Shown: positions 8,958 through 18,155 of the stretch, piece by piece
How the letters are laid out: each line of letters begins with the position of its first letter
Position numbering within the stretch: the first letter of the stretch is position 1
From: an uncultured Lachnospiraceae bacterium
Lineage (GTDB): Bacteria > Bacillota > Clostridia > Lachnospirales > Lachnospiraceae
NCBI GenBank assembly: GCA_946618155.1
Contig: CAMOKZ010000001.1
Coordinates: 1 to 47,169, forward strand
Length of the DNA stretch: 47,169 bases
Reading direction: 5' to 3'
The notes under the pieces: model-generated
Told to the model about the DNA's origin: nothing
Seen by the model: the letters and a program-made list of their open reading frames with translations, nothing else
Databases searched by the model: none
Position numbers and translations under genes: made by a program

Positions 8958-11690
8958 TCAATCCAAATCGCCTGTCCGGCCAAGCCGCAGCGCCTGCAGG
9001 ATGCGGGCCAGCTCGCCGTCAGCCTGGTCAAACAGATAGACCTTTCCGCCCGGATTCTCCTTCAGGTATTCCCGGCGGATCTCCTCACAGGTGTCCTCGA
9101 TCTCCTTGAGCAGCTGCCCGGCCGAAAGGCGCCTGGCCCCGCTGCCCCAGATGATCATCTGCTCCGTGCGGTCCGAGGTGGCCACGGTCACGTCCGCTTT
9201 CCGGCCGATCCGGTGGACCGTCTTTTCAATATAGGAATCCGCGGTCTCGGCCTCCGCCGTATAGACCACGTAGATCCCGCTCTTCTGTGCGATATGCTCC
9301 TGCCCGCCCTCCACGCGGTAGGCGTCAAAGACCAGGATGAGGGTCATGCGCCGGTAGCCGCGGTAGTTGGAGAGGATCTCGGAAAGCCTCTCCCTGGCCG
9401 CCGAAAGATCGATCGCGGCAAGCTCCCGCAGCTCGTCCCAGGAGAAGATGATGTTGTAGCCGTCCACCAGGAGGAACTCCTCCACCGGCGGCTCTTCCCG
9501 CCGGGAGCCGGATGAAGCTGCCGTCTCCCCGAAGGTCCTCGTGCGGGGCGAACGCTCCCAGCCTTCCCTCCGCCTCTCCTGCCTGCCGTAGGTGCGGACA
9601 AAGATCTCCTCGAGCTCCTTTTCCCCGGCAAGACTCGCGGCGTATCCGCCGCCGGCACCTCCCGTCTGTTCCCGGGGCTGCGCAGTGCCGGGATCGGACG
9701 CGGCAAGGCGTCCGTCTTCTTCCGTGTGCATGTGGGCTTCGACCTCGTCCCAGGGGACATAGTAGCCCGCGCCGTGGGCGCAGAAGACCGATCCGCAGGG
9801 ATTTCTCACGTCGGCGTCCGGGTCATAGCCTGAGGCCTCGATCACGCTCTGCGCGTCCTGGCAGGGCGCGTAGCCGCCGGGCAGGCACAGCAGGTGCCCC
9901 TCGCCCTTGGTGTAGGCCGTGACCTCCTTCTGGTAATTGCGCATCTTCGCGACCGGCGCCGTGCCCGTCAGCACGGCAAGGCTGCCCTCCGTCTCCGGTC
10001 CCTGCACGGTGCCTCCCATGTTCCGGACGTCCGTCATGGCGCGGCCCACCGAAGCGGCCGGCACCTCCAGACGGTACTCATAGACCGGTTCGAGCAGGAT
10101 GCTCTCGGCGCGGCGAAGGCCCTGCCGCACGGCCCGGCGGGCCGCCTGGGCGAAATCGCCGCCCTCCGTGTGCTTGAGATGCGCTCTCCCGCCGGTCAGC
10201 GTGATCTTCATATCCGTCACCGGCGAGCCGGTCAGTACGCCCCGGTGCTGCCTGCTCTGCAGGGCGGACAGGATGAGCCGCTGCCAGTTTCTCGCGAGGA
10301 CGTCCGTGCTGACCGCGGAGGCAAAGGTAAGGCCGCTCCCCCTCGGCGCAGGCTCCAGGCGAAGGCGGACCTCCGCGTAGTGCCGCAGCGGTTCAAAATG
10401 CCCGGCTCCCTCCGCCGGCTCTGCGATCGTCTCCCGGTAGACCACCTTCGGATCTCCGAAAACAGCCTCCACGCCGAAGCGGTCATGGATGAGCCGCTGC
10501 AGGATCTGGATCTGCACCTCGCCCATCACCTGGGCCTGCAGGTCCTTCGTCTCCGTATCCCAGTCCAGGTTAAGCTCCGGGATCTCCTCCTCCAGGGCCC
10601 GCAGGGAAGGCAGGAGCCGGTGCACGTCCTCCCCGCCCGCAAAGCTCATCCGATAGGAAAGGACAGGTTCCAGGACAGGCCGGGTATCGCCGGACAGGGC
10701 GCCAAGCCCCTGCCCGCAGAAGGTCCGGGTAAGCCCGGTCACCGCGCACACGCAGCCCGCCTCGGCCGTCTGCACCGGGACAAAGTTTTTCCCGTCGTAT
10801 ATCCGGATCTGGTCGACCTTCTCGGTCCAGGTCTCCTGCTCGCTCTCCTCCTCGTCCCCGCCGGTGCGGGAGGCCGCGGTGCCGGTCACGGTCTGGCGGG
10901 CCGCCAGCTCTCCGCCCGTGATCTTGAGCCAGGTGAGCCTCGTCCCCTGGGCGTCCCGAGAGATCTTGTAGACCCGGGCGCCGAAGTCTTCCGGGTAGTC
11001 CGGCGTCCGCAGCAGGCGGGCAAGCCCGGAGAGGAATTCCTCCACCCCCGTCATCTTCAGCGCGGAGCCGTAGAAGCAGGGAAACAGCCGGCGCCGCCGG
11101 ACAAGGCCCGCGATCTGTTCGTCCTCAATGGTCCCGCTCTCCAGGTAGGACTCCAGGAGGGCCTCATCGCAGACCGCCGTCTCCTCGCAGAAGGCCCCGG
11201 TGCGCGCGTCATATTCCGTAAAATCCACCAGGGATCCGCTCAGCGACCCGGCAAGGGCAGCGCTTACAGCATCCTTGTCGGCGAGGGGCTGGTCCATCTT
11301 GTTCACGAACACGAAGGTGGGGATGTGATAGCGCTCCAGCAGCCGCCACAGGGTGCGCACGTGGCCCCCCGCCCCGTCCGCCGCGCTGATCACCAGCACC
11401 GCGTAGTCGAGGATCTGCAGGGCGCGCTCCATCTCGGCGGAGAAATCCTCATGCCCCGGCGTGTCCAGCAGCGTCACGTCGAAGGGGCCGATCTTCAGCT
11501 GCGCCTGCTTGGAGAAGATCGTGATTCCCCTCTCCCTCTCCATCTGGAAATGATCCAGAAAGGCGTCGCCGTGGTCGACGCGTCCCGCCCTGCGGATGCT
11601 GCCGGTCAGGTAGAGCATGGCCTCCGCCAGCGTCGTTTTGCCCGCATCCACATGGGCAAGGATACCGATATTGAGTCTGTTCGTGCGCAT
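8958..11690 (-). CDS. translational GTPase (TetM/TetO/EF-G-like) fused to a C-terminal Rae1/YacP-type NYN ribonuclease domain
   Basis: I prefer the ATG at 11690 (MRTNRLNIGILAHVDAGKTT), which has GAAGGTGG upstream; the track start 11795 adds 35 implausible residues. GTPase motifs are present: G1 AHVDAGKTT, G2 RERGITI, G3 DTPGH and G4 NKMD. EF-G-like domains run to about nt 9735. A charged linker spans 9477..9734. The NYN module from about 9476 (FLLVDGYNIIFSWDELRELA...VFDAY...TAEAETADSYIE...VATSDRTEQ) is collinear with B. subtilis YacP/Rae1. Confidence 0.8.
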   Translation of the reverse strand: MRTNRLNIGILAHVDAGKTTLAEAMLYLTGSIRRAGRVDHGDAFLDHFQMERERGITIFSKQAQLKIGPFDVTLLDTPGHEDFSAEMERALQILDYAVLVISAADGAGGHVRTLWRLLERYHIPTFVFVNKMDQPLADKDAVSAALAGSLSGSLVDFTEYDARTGAFCEETAVCDEALLESYLESGTIEDEQIAGLVRRRRLFPCFYGSALKMTGVEEFLSGLARLLRTPDYPEDFGARVYKISRDAQGTRLTWLKITGGELAARQTVTGTAASRTGGDEEESEQETWTEKVDQIRIYDGKNFVPVQTAEAGCVCAVTGLTRTFCGQGLGALSGDTRPVLEPVLSYRMSFAGGEDVHRLLPSLRALEEEIPELNLDWDTETKDLQAQVMGEVQIQILQRLIHDRFGVEAVFGDPKVVYRETIAEPAEGAGHFEPLRHYAEVRLRLEPAPRGSGLTFASAVSTDVLARNWQRLILSALQSRQHRGVLTGSPVTDMKITLTGGRAHLKHTEGGDFAQAARRAVRQGLRRAESILLEPVYEYRLEVPAASVGRAMTDVRNMGGTVQGPETEGSLAVLTGTAPVAKMRNYQKEVTAYTKGEGHLLCLPGGYAPCQDAQSVIEASGYDPDADVRNPCGSVFCAHGAGYYVPWDEVEAHMHTEEDGRLAASDPGTAQPREQTGGAGGGYAASLAGEKELEEIFVRTYGRQERRREGWERSPRTRTFGETAASSGSRREEPPVEEFLLVDGYNIIFSWDELRELAAIDLSAARERLSEILSNYRGYRRMTLILVFDAYRVEGGQEHIAQKSGIYVVYTAEAETADSYIEKTVHRIGRKADVTVATSDRTEQMIIWGSGARRLSAGQLLKEIEDTCEEIRREYLKENPGGKVYLFDQADGELARILQALRLGRTGDLD

Positions 11691-11801
11691 CTGACCACCT
11701 TCCCCGGGCGCCCCGGCGCCGCGGATAATTCTCCGGGAATGCCAGCATGCCCCTGCCGCAGGGGCAGGGGCATGGACATGGTTAACATACTGCAATCTGT
11801 T

Positions 11802-12440
11802 TTAAAGCTTGGAATACCCGTAGGCGTTGACGATGGCGTCGATCCTGATGTCTCTCTTGCAGAGCGGGCACTCGGTAAAGTCGTAGGTGCGGTAGCCGGC
11901 CAGATCCTCCTCACTGAAGAGGGAATGGATGGGATATCCGCCGATCTCCTTCTGTGCGGAGAAGATCGCAGCGATGCCTTCCATCATGCCGCCATAGTAA
12001 TTGACGCATTCGATCGCTCTCTCCACGGTATGGCCCGTGGTAGCCGTGGCCACCAGGAGCAGGCAGTGGCGGTCGCGCACCATGTTCTGCAGGTTGTCGC
12101 GGAAAAGCAGCTGGCCGCCCTGGTTTACCTCAGGCGACACGATATACATGCTCTTGTGCTGGTTCAGGGACAGGACGCCCGCTTTTGTGAGGTCCTCGGC
12201 CAGATAGGCCGCGATCACCTCGCACCCATCCATCGTAATGATCGTGTCGATGTAATGGGTCGCCGCAAATCTGGAGGCGAGCACCTCCGCGGCGGCGTGG
12301 GCTTCGCTCTGCCTGGATTTCATGATGGTCATGTCCACATAATAATTGATGTGGGAATGATTGGTGGCAAAATGTCCCGGTATCACGCGGATACTGGCGT
12401 CGGGGTTTTCCCTTGACGGGATCTTGACGATCTGTTTCAC
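11802..12440 (-). CDS. phosphoribosyltransferase-fold protein with atypical PRPP loop
   Basis: 212 aa. CLLLVATATTGHTVERAI occupies the position of the type-I PRTase PRPP motif (hydrophobic run, DD, xxTTGxT), but the acidic pair is replaced by AT. A C-terminal CPLC is present. Confidence 0.55.
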   Translation of the reverse strand: MKQIVKIPSRENPDASIRVIPGHFATNHSHINYYVDMTIMKSRQSEAHAAAEVLASRFAATHYIDTIITMDGCEVIAAYLAEDLTKAGVLSLNQHKSMYIVSPEVNQGGQLLFRDNLQNMVRDRHCLLLVATATTGHTVERAIECVNYYGGMMEGIAAIFSAQKEIGGYPIHSLFSEEDLAGYRTYDFTECPLCKRDIRIDAIVNAYGYSKL

Positions 12441-12504
12441 TTTTCGACACCTCCTTGCACTGCTTGCATTCTGCTTTTACCTTCTCCATCACAGCGGAAC
12501 GGTC

Positions 12505-13314
12505 TTAAACGGCCGCTCCGGTGTAAGTCTGTTTAACGATGATCTTGGCCGGGCACTTCTCCGCGCACTTGCCGCATCCGGTGCAGAGCGAGTAATCGAT
12601 GTGGGCGATGTTGTTCTCGACCTTGATCGCGCCGTTTTCGCACTGCTTCACGCAGAGTCCGCAGCCGCGGCATCCTGCGTCGCACTGGGTCTTCAGCACG
12701 ATGAATTTCTCCCGGTTGCTGCACTGCACCGTGTAGGCCGACCGCATCGGAATCAGCTCGATCAGGTGCTGCGGGCAGGCCGCCGCGCACCGGCCGCAGG
12801 CCACGCACTTCTTCCGGTCTACCTTCGCGATGCCGTCCACGATATGAATGGCGTCAAACTGGCAGGCCTCCACGCAGCTGCCGTAGCCGAAGCATCCCTG
12901 GGCGCAGAGCTTTCCGCTGACGCCGAGGGCAGCCGCCGCATTGCAGCTGTCGATGCCGACCAGGTTGCCCCTGGTCTTTGCCTTGCCGCAGGTTCCCGCG
13001 CACTTGACAAATGCGACCTTCTGCTCCTCCATCGAGGCGTCGCCGCCGACGATCGCGGAGATCTTCTCCGCCACCGGCTTGCCGCCGACCGGACAGATGC
13101 CCGCGTGGGCCTCGCCGGAAGCGATGGCCGCCGCCGCGGCGTCACAGCCCGCGTAGCCGCAGCCGCCGCAGTTGTTGCCGGGCAGGCATGCCCGGACTGC
13201 CACTTCTCTCTCATCCACCTCGACTGCAAATCTGCTGCCTGCGAAAACCAGCATGATGCCGATCACCAGGCCGATCAGGGCGAGGAGCGCTGCCGTAATC
13301 AGGATCAGTTTCAT
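12505..13314 (-). CDS. rnfB: Rnf complex subunit B (polyferredoxin)
   Basis: 269 aa. It has an N-terminal transmembrane helix and several CxxCxxCxxxCP 4Fe-4S motifs. It is the last gene of the rnf operon. Confidence 0.88.
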   Translation of the reverse strand: MKLILITAALLALIGLVIGIMLVFAGSRFAVEVDEREVAVRACLPGNNCGGCGYAGCDAAAAAIASGEAHAGICPVGGKPVAEKISAIVGGDASMEEQKVAFVKCAGTCGKAKTRGNLVGIDSCNAAAALGVSGKLCAQGCFGYGSCVEACQFDAIHIVDGIAKVDRKKCVACGRCAAACPQHLIELIPMRSAYTVQCSNREKFIVLKTQCDAGCRGCGLCVKQCENGAIKVENNIAHIDYSLCTGCGKCAEKCPAKIIVKQTYTGAAV

Positions 13315-13336
13315 CTGTTCTCCTCCTTTTCCGGTC

Positions 13337-13912
13337 TCAGCCGATGCTGCCGAAGCCGAAGAACGCCATTCCCATCAGGCAGGCGCAGAAAAGCACGATC
13401 GGGGCGCCGCGCAGCGGTTCGGGGATATCGTTCTCCGAGATGTGTTCACGGATGCTGGCCAGCAGCGTGATGGCGATCGTATAGCCCAGGGCTGTGCCGA
13501 AGCCGGAAGCCACGCTCTGGAAGAAATTGAAGCCGTCCGTTACGTTGTTGAGGGCCACGCCGAGCACGGCACAGTTCGTCGTGATCAGCGGAAGGTAGAT
13601 GCCCAGCGCCGTGTACAGGCCGGGCGAGGTCTTTTTCAGGAACATCTCGACCACCTGCACGAGGGCAGCGATCACGAGAATGAACACGATGGTCTGCAGA
13701 TAGCCGAGGCCCAGCGGATCCAGCACGAAATCATAGAGCAGGCTGGCCACGGCGGAGGCGATGGTCATGACGAAGATGACCGCGCCGCCGAGGCTGAGCG
13801 AGGTTTTGATCTTGTTGGAAACGCCGAGGAACGAGCAGATGCCGAGGAACTGGCTGAGCACGACGTTGTTCACGAAGGCCGCCGTCATGATGATAATGAT
13901 CAGGTTCAGCAT
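13337..13912 (-). CDS. rnfA: Rnf complex subunit A
   Basis: 191-aa polytopic membrane protein of the RnfA/RnfE family, in the conserved operon position. Confidence 0.88.
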   Translation of the reverse strand: MLNLIIIIMTAAFVNNVVLSQFLGICSFLGVSNKIKTSLSLGGAVIFVMTIASAVASLLYDFVLDPLGLGYLQTIVFILVIAALVQVVEMFLKKTSPGLYTALGIYLPLITTNCAVLGVALNNVTDGFNFFQSVASGFGTALGYTIAITLLASIREHISENDIPEPLRGAPIVLFCACLMGMAFFGFGSIG

Positions 13913-14583
13913 GCCGTTTCATCCTCCTTTCCGTCTTCGCCGCAGGCGCCGCAGGCTGCGCATCCGCCGCCCTCCACCATGTCGTTCGCCTTCGTCCGGA
14001 TGGACAGGGCGTTCATCGCCAGGGCGATGAGGCCGAGGATCAGGAAAGCGCCCGGTGCGCGCACGAGCATATCGATCGGCTTATAGAAGGAAGGCATCAC
14101 CTGCACGCCGCAGACGGTGCCGGCGCCGAGCAGCTCGCGGAAGAAGCTGATGGCCGTCAGGCTGATCGTAAAGCCGAGCCCCATGCCCAGCCCGTCGAAC
14201 AGGGACGGGACGGGCGGATTTTTGGAAGCGTACGCCTCCGCGCGCCCGAGGATGATGCAGTTGACGACGATCAGCGGGATAAACACGCCCAGCGAATTGT
14301 ACAGGCTGAGCAGATACGCCTTCATGAGAAGCTCCGTCACCGTAACGAAGGACGCCACGATGACGATGTAGGAAGGCAGTCTCACCTCATCCGGGATGAC
14401 CTTGCGCAGCAGGGAGATGACCAGGTTCGAGACGATCAGCACTGCCGTGGTGGACAGGCCCATGCCGATGCCGTTGATCACCGAGGTGGTCACGGCCAGC
14501 GTCGGGCACATGCCGAGCATCATGACGAAGGTGGGATTCTCTTTGATGATTCCGTTATAGATACGTTCCATACTCTGACTCAT
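13906..14583 (-). CDS. rnfE: Rnf complex subunit E, with a Cys-rich acidic C-terminal tail
   Basis: 225-aa membrane protein, paralogous to RnfA. The tail reads EGGGCAACGACGEDGKEDETAC. It overlaps the rnfA start by 7 nt. Confidence 0.85.
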   Translation of the reverse strand: MSQSMERIYNGIIKENPTFVMMLGMCPTLAVTTSVINGIGMGLSTTAVLIVSNLVISLLRKVIPDEVRLPSYIVIVASFVTVTELLMKAYLLSLYNSLGVFIPLIVVNCIILGRAEAYASKNPPVPSLFDGLGMGLGFTISLTAISFFRELLGAGTVCGVQVMPSFYKPIDMLVRAPGAFLILGLIALAMNALSIRTKANDMVEGGGCAACGACGEDGKEDETAC

Positions 14584-14598
14584 GATCTTCCCTCCTTC

Positions 14599-15216
14599 CT
14601 ACTGTGCAATCACGGTCTGATAGAAACTGATGGCCGCGTTCACCGCGTTCACCACTGCGCCGGAGGTCGTGGACGCGCCGGAGATCGAGTCGATCTCGTC
14701 TTCCGCCACGGAGCCGCCGCGCTTGTTTAACGTAAAGGAACTGGTATTGACGCCGGCGAACTGGCTCTTGAAGGAGTCCTCGTCGACGCGCATGCCCATG
14801 CCCGCGGTCTCGTTGAGGGTCGTAAAGGCGATGCCCTCCACGGTGCCGTCAGGCAGGAAGCCTACGGTCAGCGTGATCTCGCCATCAAAGCCTTCCATGC
14901 TGGTGGCGCTGATCGCCCAGCCGGCTTCCGCCCCGCCCGCGTCTGTTCCGCGGACAGCCTCATTGATGTAGCACTTGCCGAAGGCCCCGTCTCCGTATAC
15001 GGTGCCCTGCAGGTCTTCGATCTGCGAAGTGACCGCGTCGTCATAGGCAAACTCCGCGGCGTCCGGAAGGACGGTCTGGAAGGCCGCCAGGTTGGCCGCC
15101 ATCTGGTTGGCCGCGATCTGGTCCTTCGTCAGTTCATTGACGCCCGCCAGGGCGACGGCGGAGATCAGGCAGATGACCATCAGCACAAAGGCCGGTCTGA
15201 CATTCATCTTTTTCAT
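14599..15216 (-). CDS. rnfG: Rnf complex subunit G (FMN-binding)
   Basis: 205 aa. It has an N-terminal anchor and an FMN_bind domain with the flavinylation motif DSISGASTTS. Confidence 0.88.
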   Translation of the reverse strand: MKKMNVRPAFVLMVICLISAVALAGVNELTKDQIAANQMAANLAAFQTVLPDAAEFAYDDAVTSQIEDLQGTVYGDGAFGKCYINEAVRGTDAGGAEAGWAISATSMEGFDGEITLTVGFLPDGTVEGIAFTTLNETAGMGMRVDEDSFKSQFAGVNTSSFTLNKRGGSVAEDEIDSISGASTTSGAVVNAVNAAISFYQTVIAQ

Positions 15217-15219
15217 CGC

Positions 15220-16155
15220 TTACCTGCCTCCTTTCTTCCTGCCGATCCCGAAGGGAGTCCCCAGGATGTACCGGTCGATCAGCGGCACCAGGATGTTGCC
15301 GATCACGATCGCGTAGGAGGTGCCGTCCGTCATGTTGCTGTAGAAGCGGAAGATCGCGCCGAGGAAGCCGATAAAGATTCCGTAGACGATCTGCCCCTTC
15401 GCGGTGACGGGACAGGTGACCGGGTCGTTCGCCATAAAGAACGCGCCCAGCACGATGCCGCCGCCGACAAATTCCGTGATCAGGAACTGCGGATCAAAGC
15501 CGTGTCCGCCCAGGATGCCGCAGAACACCAGGAAGGAAACGCAGATGGAAAGCGGCACTTCAAGGGTGATGGTGCCGGTGACCAGCAGGTAGATGCCGCC
15601 GATCAGCAGCGCCGCGATGCTGACGCCGATGTGCCCGCTCACGAAGCCGAGGAACATCTTCAGCGTGCTGACGTGCTCTCCCGCGTTGAACGCGGCGAGG
15701 GGCGTCGCCGAGGAAACGCCGTCAACGGCGTAGTCGGTCATGGCGGTGCCGAAGGAGATCAGCAGAAAAATACGTCCCGCCAGGGCCGGGTTCACGAAGT
15801 TCTGTCCGAGTCCGCCGAAGAAGCATTTCACGACCATGATGGAGAACAGGCTCCCCAGGAAGGGAATGTAGAGCGGTACGGAGGGCGGCAGCATGAGGGC
15901 CAGGATAAGGCCCGTGACCATCGCCGAACAGTCGCGCAGGGAATTCGGCCTGTGGGTGACATAGCAGAACGCCCACTCCGTCAGCATGGCGGAAATGACG
16001 CTCATCAGGATGACCAGCAGCGTGTGGAAGCCGAACCGGTAGACGCCGAAGAAGGTGGCCGGCAGCAGCGCGCAGACCACGTTGAACATCTCGTGGCTCG
16101 TCGAATGGCTGGTTCTGACATGCGGAGAGGAAGACAGATTTCTAAGCGGTCCCAT
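15220..16155 (-). CDS. rnfD: Rnf complex subunit D
   Basis: 311-aa polytopic membrane protein of the NqrB/RnfD family. VDGVSSATPL contains the covalent-FMN threonine context. Confidence 0.88.
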   Translation of the reverse strand: MGPLRNLSSSPHVRTSHSTSHEMFNVVCALLPATFFGVYRFGFHTLLVILMSVISAMLTEWAFCYVTHRPNSLRDCSAMVTGLILALMLPPSVPLYIPFLGSLFSIMVVKCFFGGLGQNFVNPALAGRIFLLISFGTAMTDYAVDGVSSATPLAAFNAGEHVSTLKMFLGFVSGHIGVSIAALLIGGIYLLVTGTITLEVPLSICVSFLVFCGILGGHGFDPQFLITEFVGGGIVLGAFFMANDPVTCPVTAKGQIVYGIFIGFLGAIFRFYSNMTDGTSYAIVIGNILVPLIDRYILGTPFGIGRKKGGR

Positions 16156-17549
16156 TACTTCTTCTCCTCCTTTCCGTCGGCAGCCTTCGCCTTGGCGGCG
16201 GCAGCCTCTTTTTCAGCCTGCAGGGCTTTGCTCCAGGCCATCGCCAGCGGCTTGGCCTCCTTGAAGGTAAGGGTCAGCGGACGCTTTGCCGGGCAGGTAT
16301 AGGTGCAGCAGCCGCAGGAAATGCAGTCCAGACCATGCAGCCGGATGTACCGGTCATAATCCTTGCGCTGCGCGGCTTCCGCCATTGCCTGCGGAATAAG
16401 GCCGAGGGGACATACCCTCGTGCATCTTCCGCAGTGGATGCAGTTCGTCTGCATGGCCTCGGCCTCTTCGACCGGGTCCTCCATCATCAGGGTAAGGGCG
16501 TTGCTGGTCTTCACGATGGGAACGTCCAGGGTGGAAAGCGCGGTGCCCATCATGGGGCCGCCCATGATGATCTTCTTCGCGTCTTCGCTGACGCCGCCGG
16601 CGCCCTCTTCCAGCAGCTCCTTCACGGTGGTCCCGAGCCGGACCATGAAGTTGCCCTCGTTGCCCGCCGGTTCGCCGGTCACGGTCACGCCGCGCTCGAT
16701 CAGCGGGGTATTCTCACACACCGCGCGGTAGATGGCCGCGATGGTCGACACATTGTCCACGACGCAGCCCAGGGCCGCCGGCAGTTCGCCGGAACCCATA
16801 TAGCCGCCGGTCACGGCGTGCACGAGATTGCGCTCACCGCCCTGGGGGTACTTGACCTTCAGGGTGAGCATGCTCAGCCGGCTGTCGCCGGAGGCAGCCT
16901 TCTGCAGCGCGGCGATCGCCTCGGGTTTGTTCTTCTCCACGGCGATCACGCCGGAGGCGTTCGGAAACAGCTTCAGGACGATCTTCATGCCCTCCACGAT
17001 CTGTTCCGGGTATTCCCGCATCAGCCTGTCGTCGCAGGTGATTCCGGGCTCGCACTCCGCGCCGTTGGCGATAAAGTACTTAATGTCCTCCGGATTCTTC
17101 GGGGCCAGCTTGACGTGGGTCGGGAAACCCGCTCCGCCCATGCCGACGATTCCCGCTTCCTGGATCTTCGCAAGAATCTGCTCCTTGCTGAGCGTCTGCC
17201 AGTCCGTCTTTTCGCCCATGCCGGGCACCGGGGTGAAGGCACCGTCATTGTCGATGACGATGCAGTCCGCCATCGTGCCCGCGCCGACCGGGCGCCGCTC
17301 AATGGCCTTGACCTTGCCGGAGCAGGAGCTGTAGATGTTTGCCGAAACGAAGCCGTCCGCCTTCGCGATCAGCTGGCCGGCCAGCACCTCGTCCCCGCGC
17401 TTGACCACGGGCACCGCAGGCTTGCCGATGTGCTGCCCGAGCGGAAAGACCAGGTCTTCCTTCGGCAGGAACGGGCGCAGCGGTTTTTCCCTGGTCGGCT
17501 CTTTGTTTTCCCGGGGATGCACGCCGCCTCTGAATGAATAGATCCGCAT
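16155..17549 (-). CDS. rnfC: Rnf complex subunit C (NADH-binding, 2x[4Fe-4S])
   Basis: 464 aa. MRIYSFRGGVHP... is a typical RnfC N-terminus. It carries a GMGGAGFPTHVK nucleotide site and two CxxCxxCxxxCP motifs. Confidence 0.9.
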   Translation of the reverse strand: MRIYSFRGGVHPRENKEPTREKPLRPFLPKEDLVFPLGQHIGKPAVPVVKRGDEVLAGQLIAKADGFVSANIYSSCSGKVKAIERRPVGAGTMADCIVIDNDGAFTPVPGMGEKTDWQTLSKEQILAKIQEAGIVGMGGAGFPTHVKLAPKNPEDIKYFIANGAECEPGITCDDRLMREYPEQIVEGMKIVLKLFPNASGVIAVEKNKPEAIAALQKAASGDSRLSMLTLKVKYPQGGERNLVHAVTGGYMGSGELPAALGCVVDNVSTIAAIYRAVCENTPLIERGVTVTGEPAGNEGNFMVRLGTTVKELLEEGAGGVSEDAKKIIMGGPMMGTALSTLDVPIVKTSNALTLMMEDPVEEAEAMQTNCIHCGRCTRVCPLGLIPQAMAEAAQRKDYDRYIRLHGLDCISCGCCTYTCPAKRPLTLTFKEAKPLAMAWSKALQAEKEAAAAKAKAADGKEEKK

Positions 17550-17578
17550 ATGCTTTCCTCTTCCCTTCTCTAGGTTAT

Positions 17579-17947
17579 TTACTGATCCGCCTCAGCCTGC
17601 GCGATGCACGCGTCCAGGCAGGCCCTCGCAGCGTCCGTCGTCACTGTGGCGCCGGCCACGCCGTCAATATCACTGCTCTGCGCGGCGATCAGCTGCTCAA
17701 CGATCTGTTCCGCCGCGGCTCCGCCGATCTCGGGCGTCTCGTTGGAAACATCCAGGCTGATGTCCGTAAGCTCGCCGCCGTTGAAGGTCGCCGTCATCGT
17801 GACCTCTCCGATTCCGGCTGCCGAAGCGGTGTAGACCCGTTCATTGCCGGTCATGGCGTTCTCGATGCCCGCAAGCCCGGCGACAATGGCCGCGCTGACT
17901 GCGCAGGCACAGATTCCTTTCACGAGGAATCCACGCACCTCATTCAT
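17579..17947 (-). CDS. small membrane-anchored FMN-binding domain protein
   Basis: 122 aa. It has an N-terminal hydrophobic anchor and a single FMN_bind domain with the flavinylation motif DGVAGATVTT. It lies 29 nt upstream of rnfC. Confidence 0.75.
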   Translation of the reverse strand: MNEVRGFLVKGICACAVSAAIVAGLAGIENAMTGNERVYTASAAGIGEVTMTATFNGGELTDISLDVSNETPEIGGAAAEQIVEQLIAAQSSDIDGVAGATVTTDAARACLDACIAQAEADQ

Positions 17948-18046
17948 ATCTGGTTAACCTCCTTCACGTAAAAAAACCTCGAGCTGCAGGAGCAGAGCCT
18001 GGCGGCCCGGGGAGAACCTTTTATATATGAAATATTATCAAGCAAT

Positions 18047-18076
18047 TTGCATGGAATGTCAAGCTTATGCTATACT
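18047..18076 (+). promoter_or_regulatory. candidate sigma-A promoter for apbE
   Basis: TTGCAT (18047..18052), an 18-nt spacer, then TATACT (18071..18076) preceded by TGc (extended -10). It sits in the AT-rich divergent region between the FMN_bind gene and apbE. Confidence 0.45.
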
Positions 18077-18155
18077 ACATTCAGTGCCGCCGGCGCCCCC
18101 AAAAAACCAGATAGCGGGACATTCCGGGCGGCTGTTTTCCGGAAAGGAGAATTCT

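Noticed and set aside
8958-11690. Labelling the GTPase as a tetracycline-resistance ribosomal protection protein (tetM/tetO/tetW-like).
   Set aside because: Similarity to that family is at the architecture and motif level only. The protein is about 270 aa longer, carries a nuclease domain and sits in a housekeeping context with no mobile-element signatures. A resistance call is not supportable from sequence alone.
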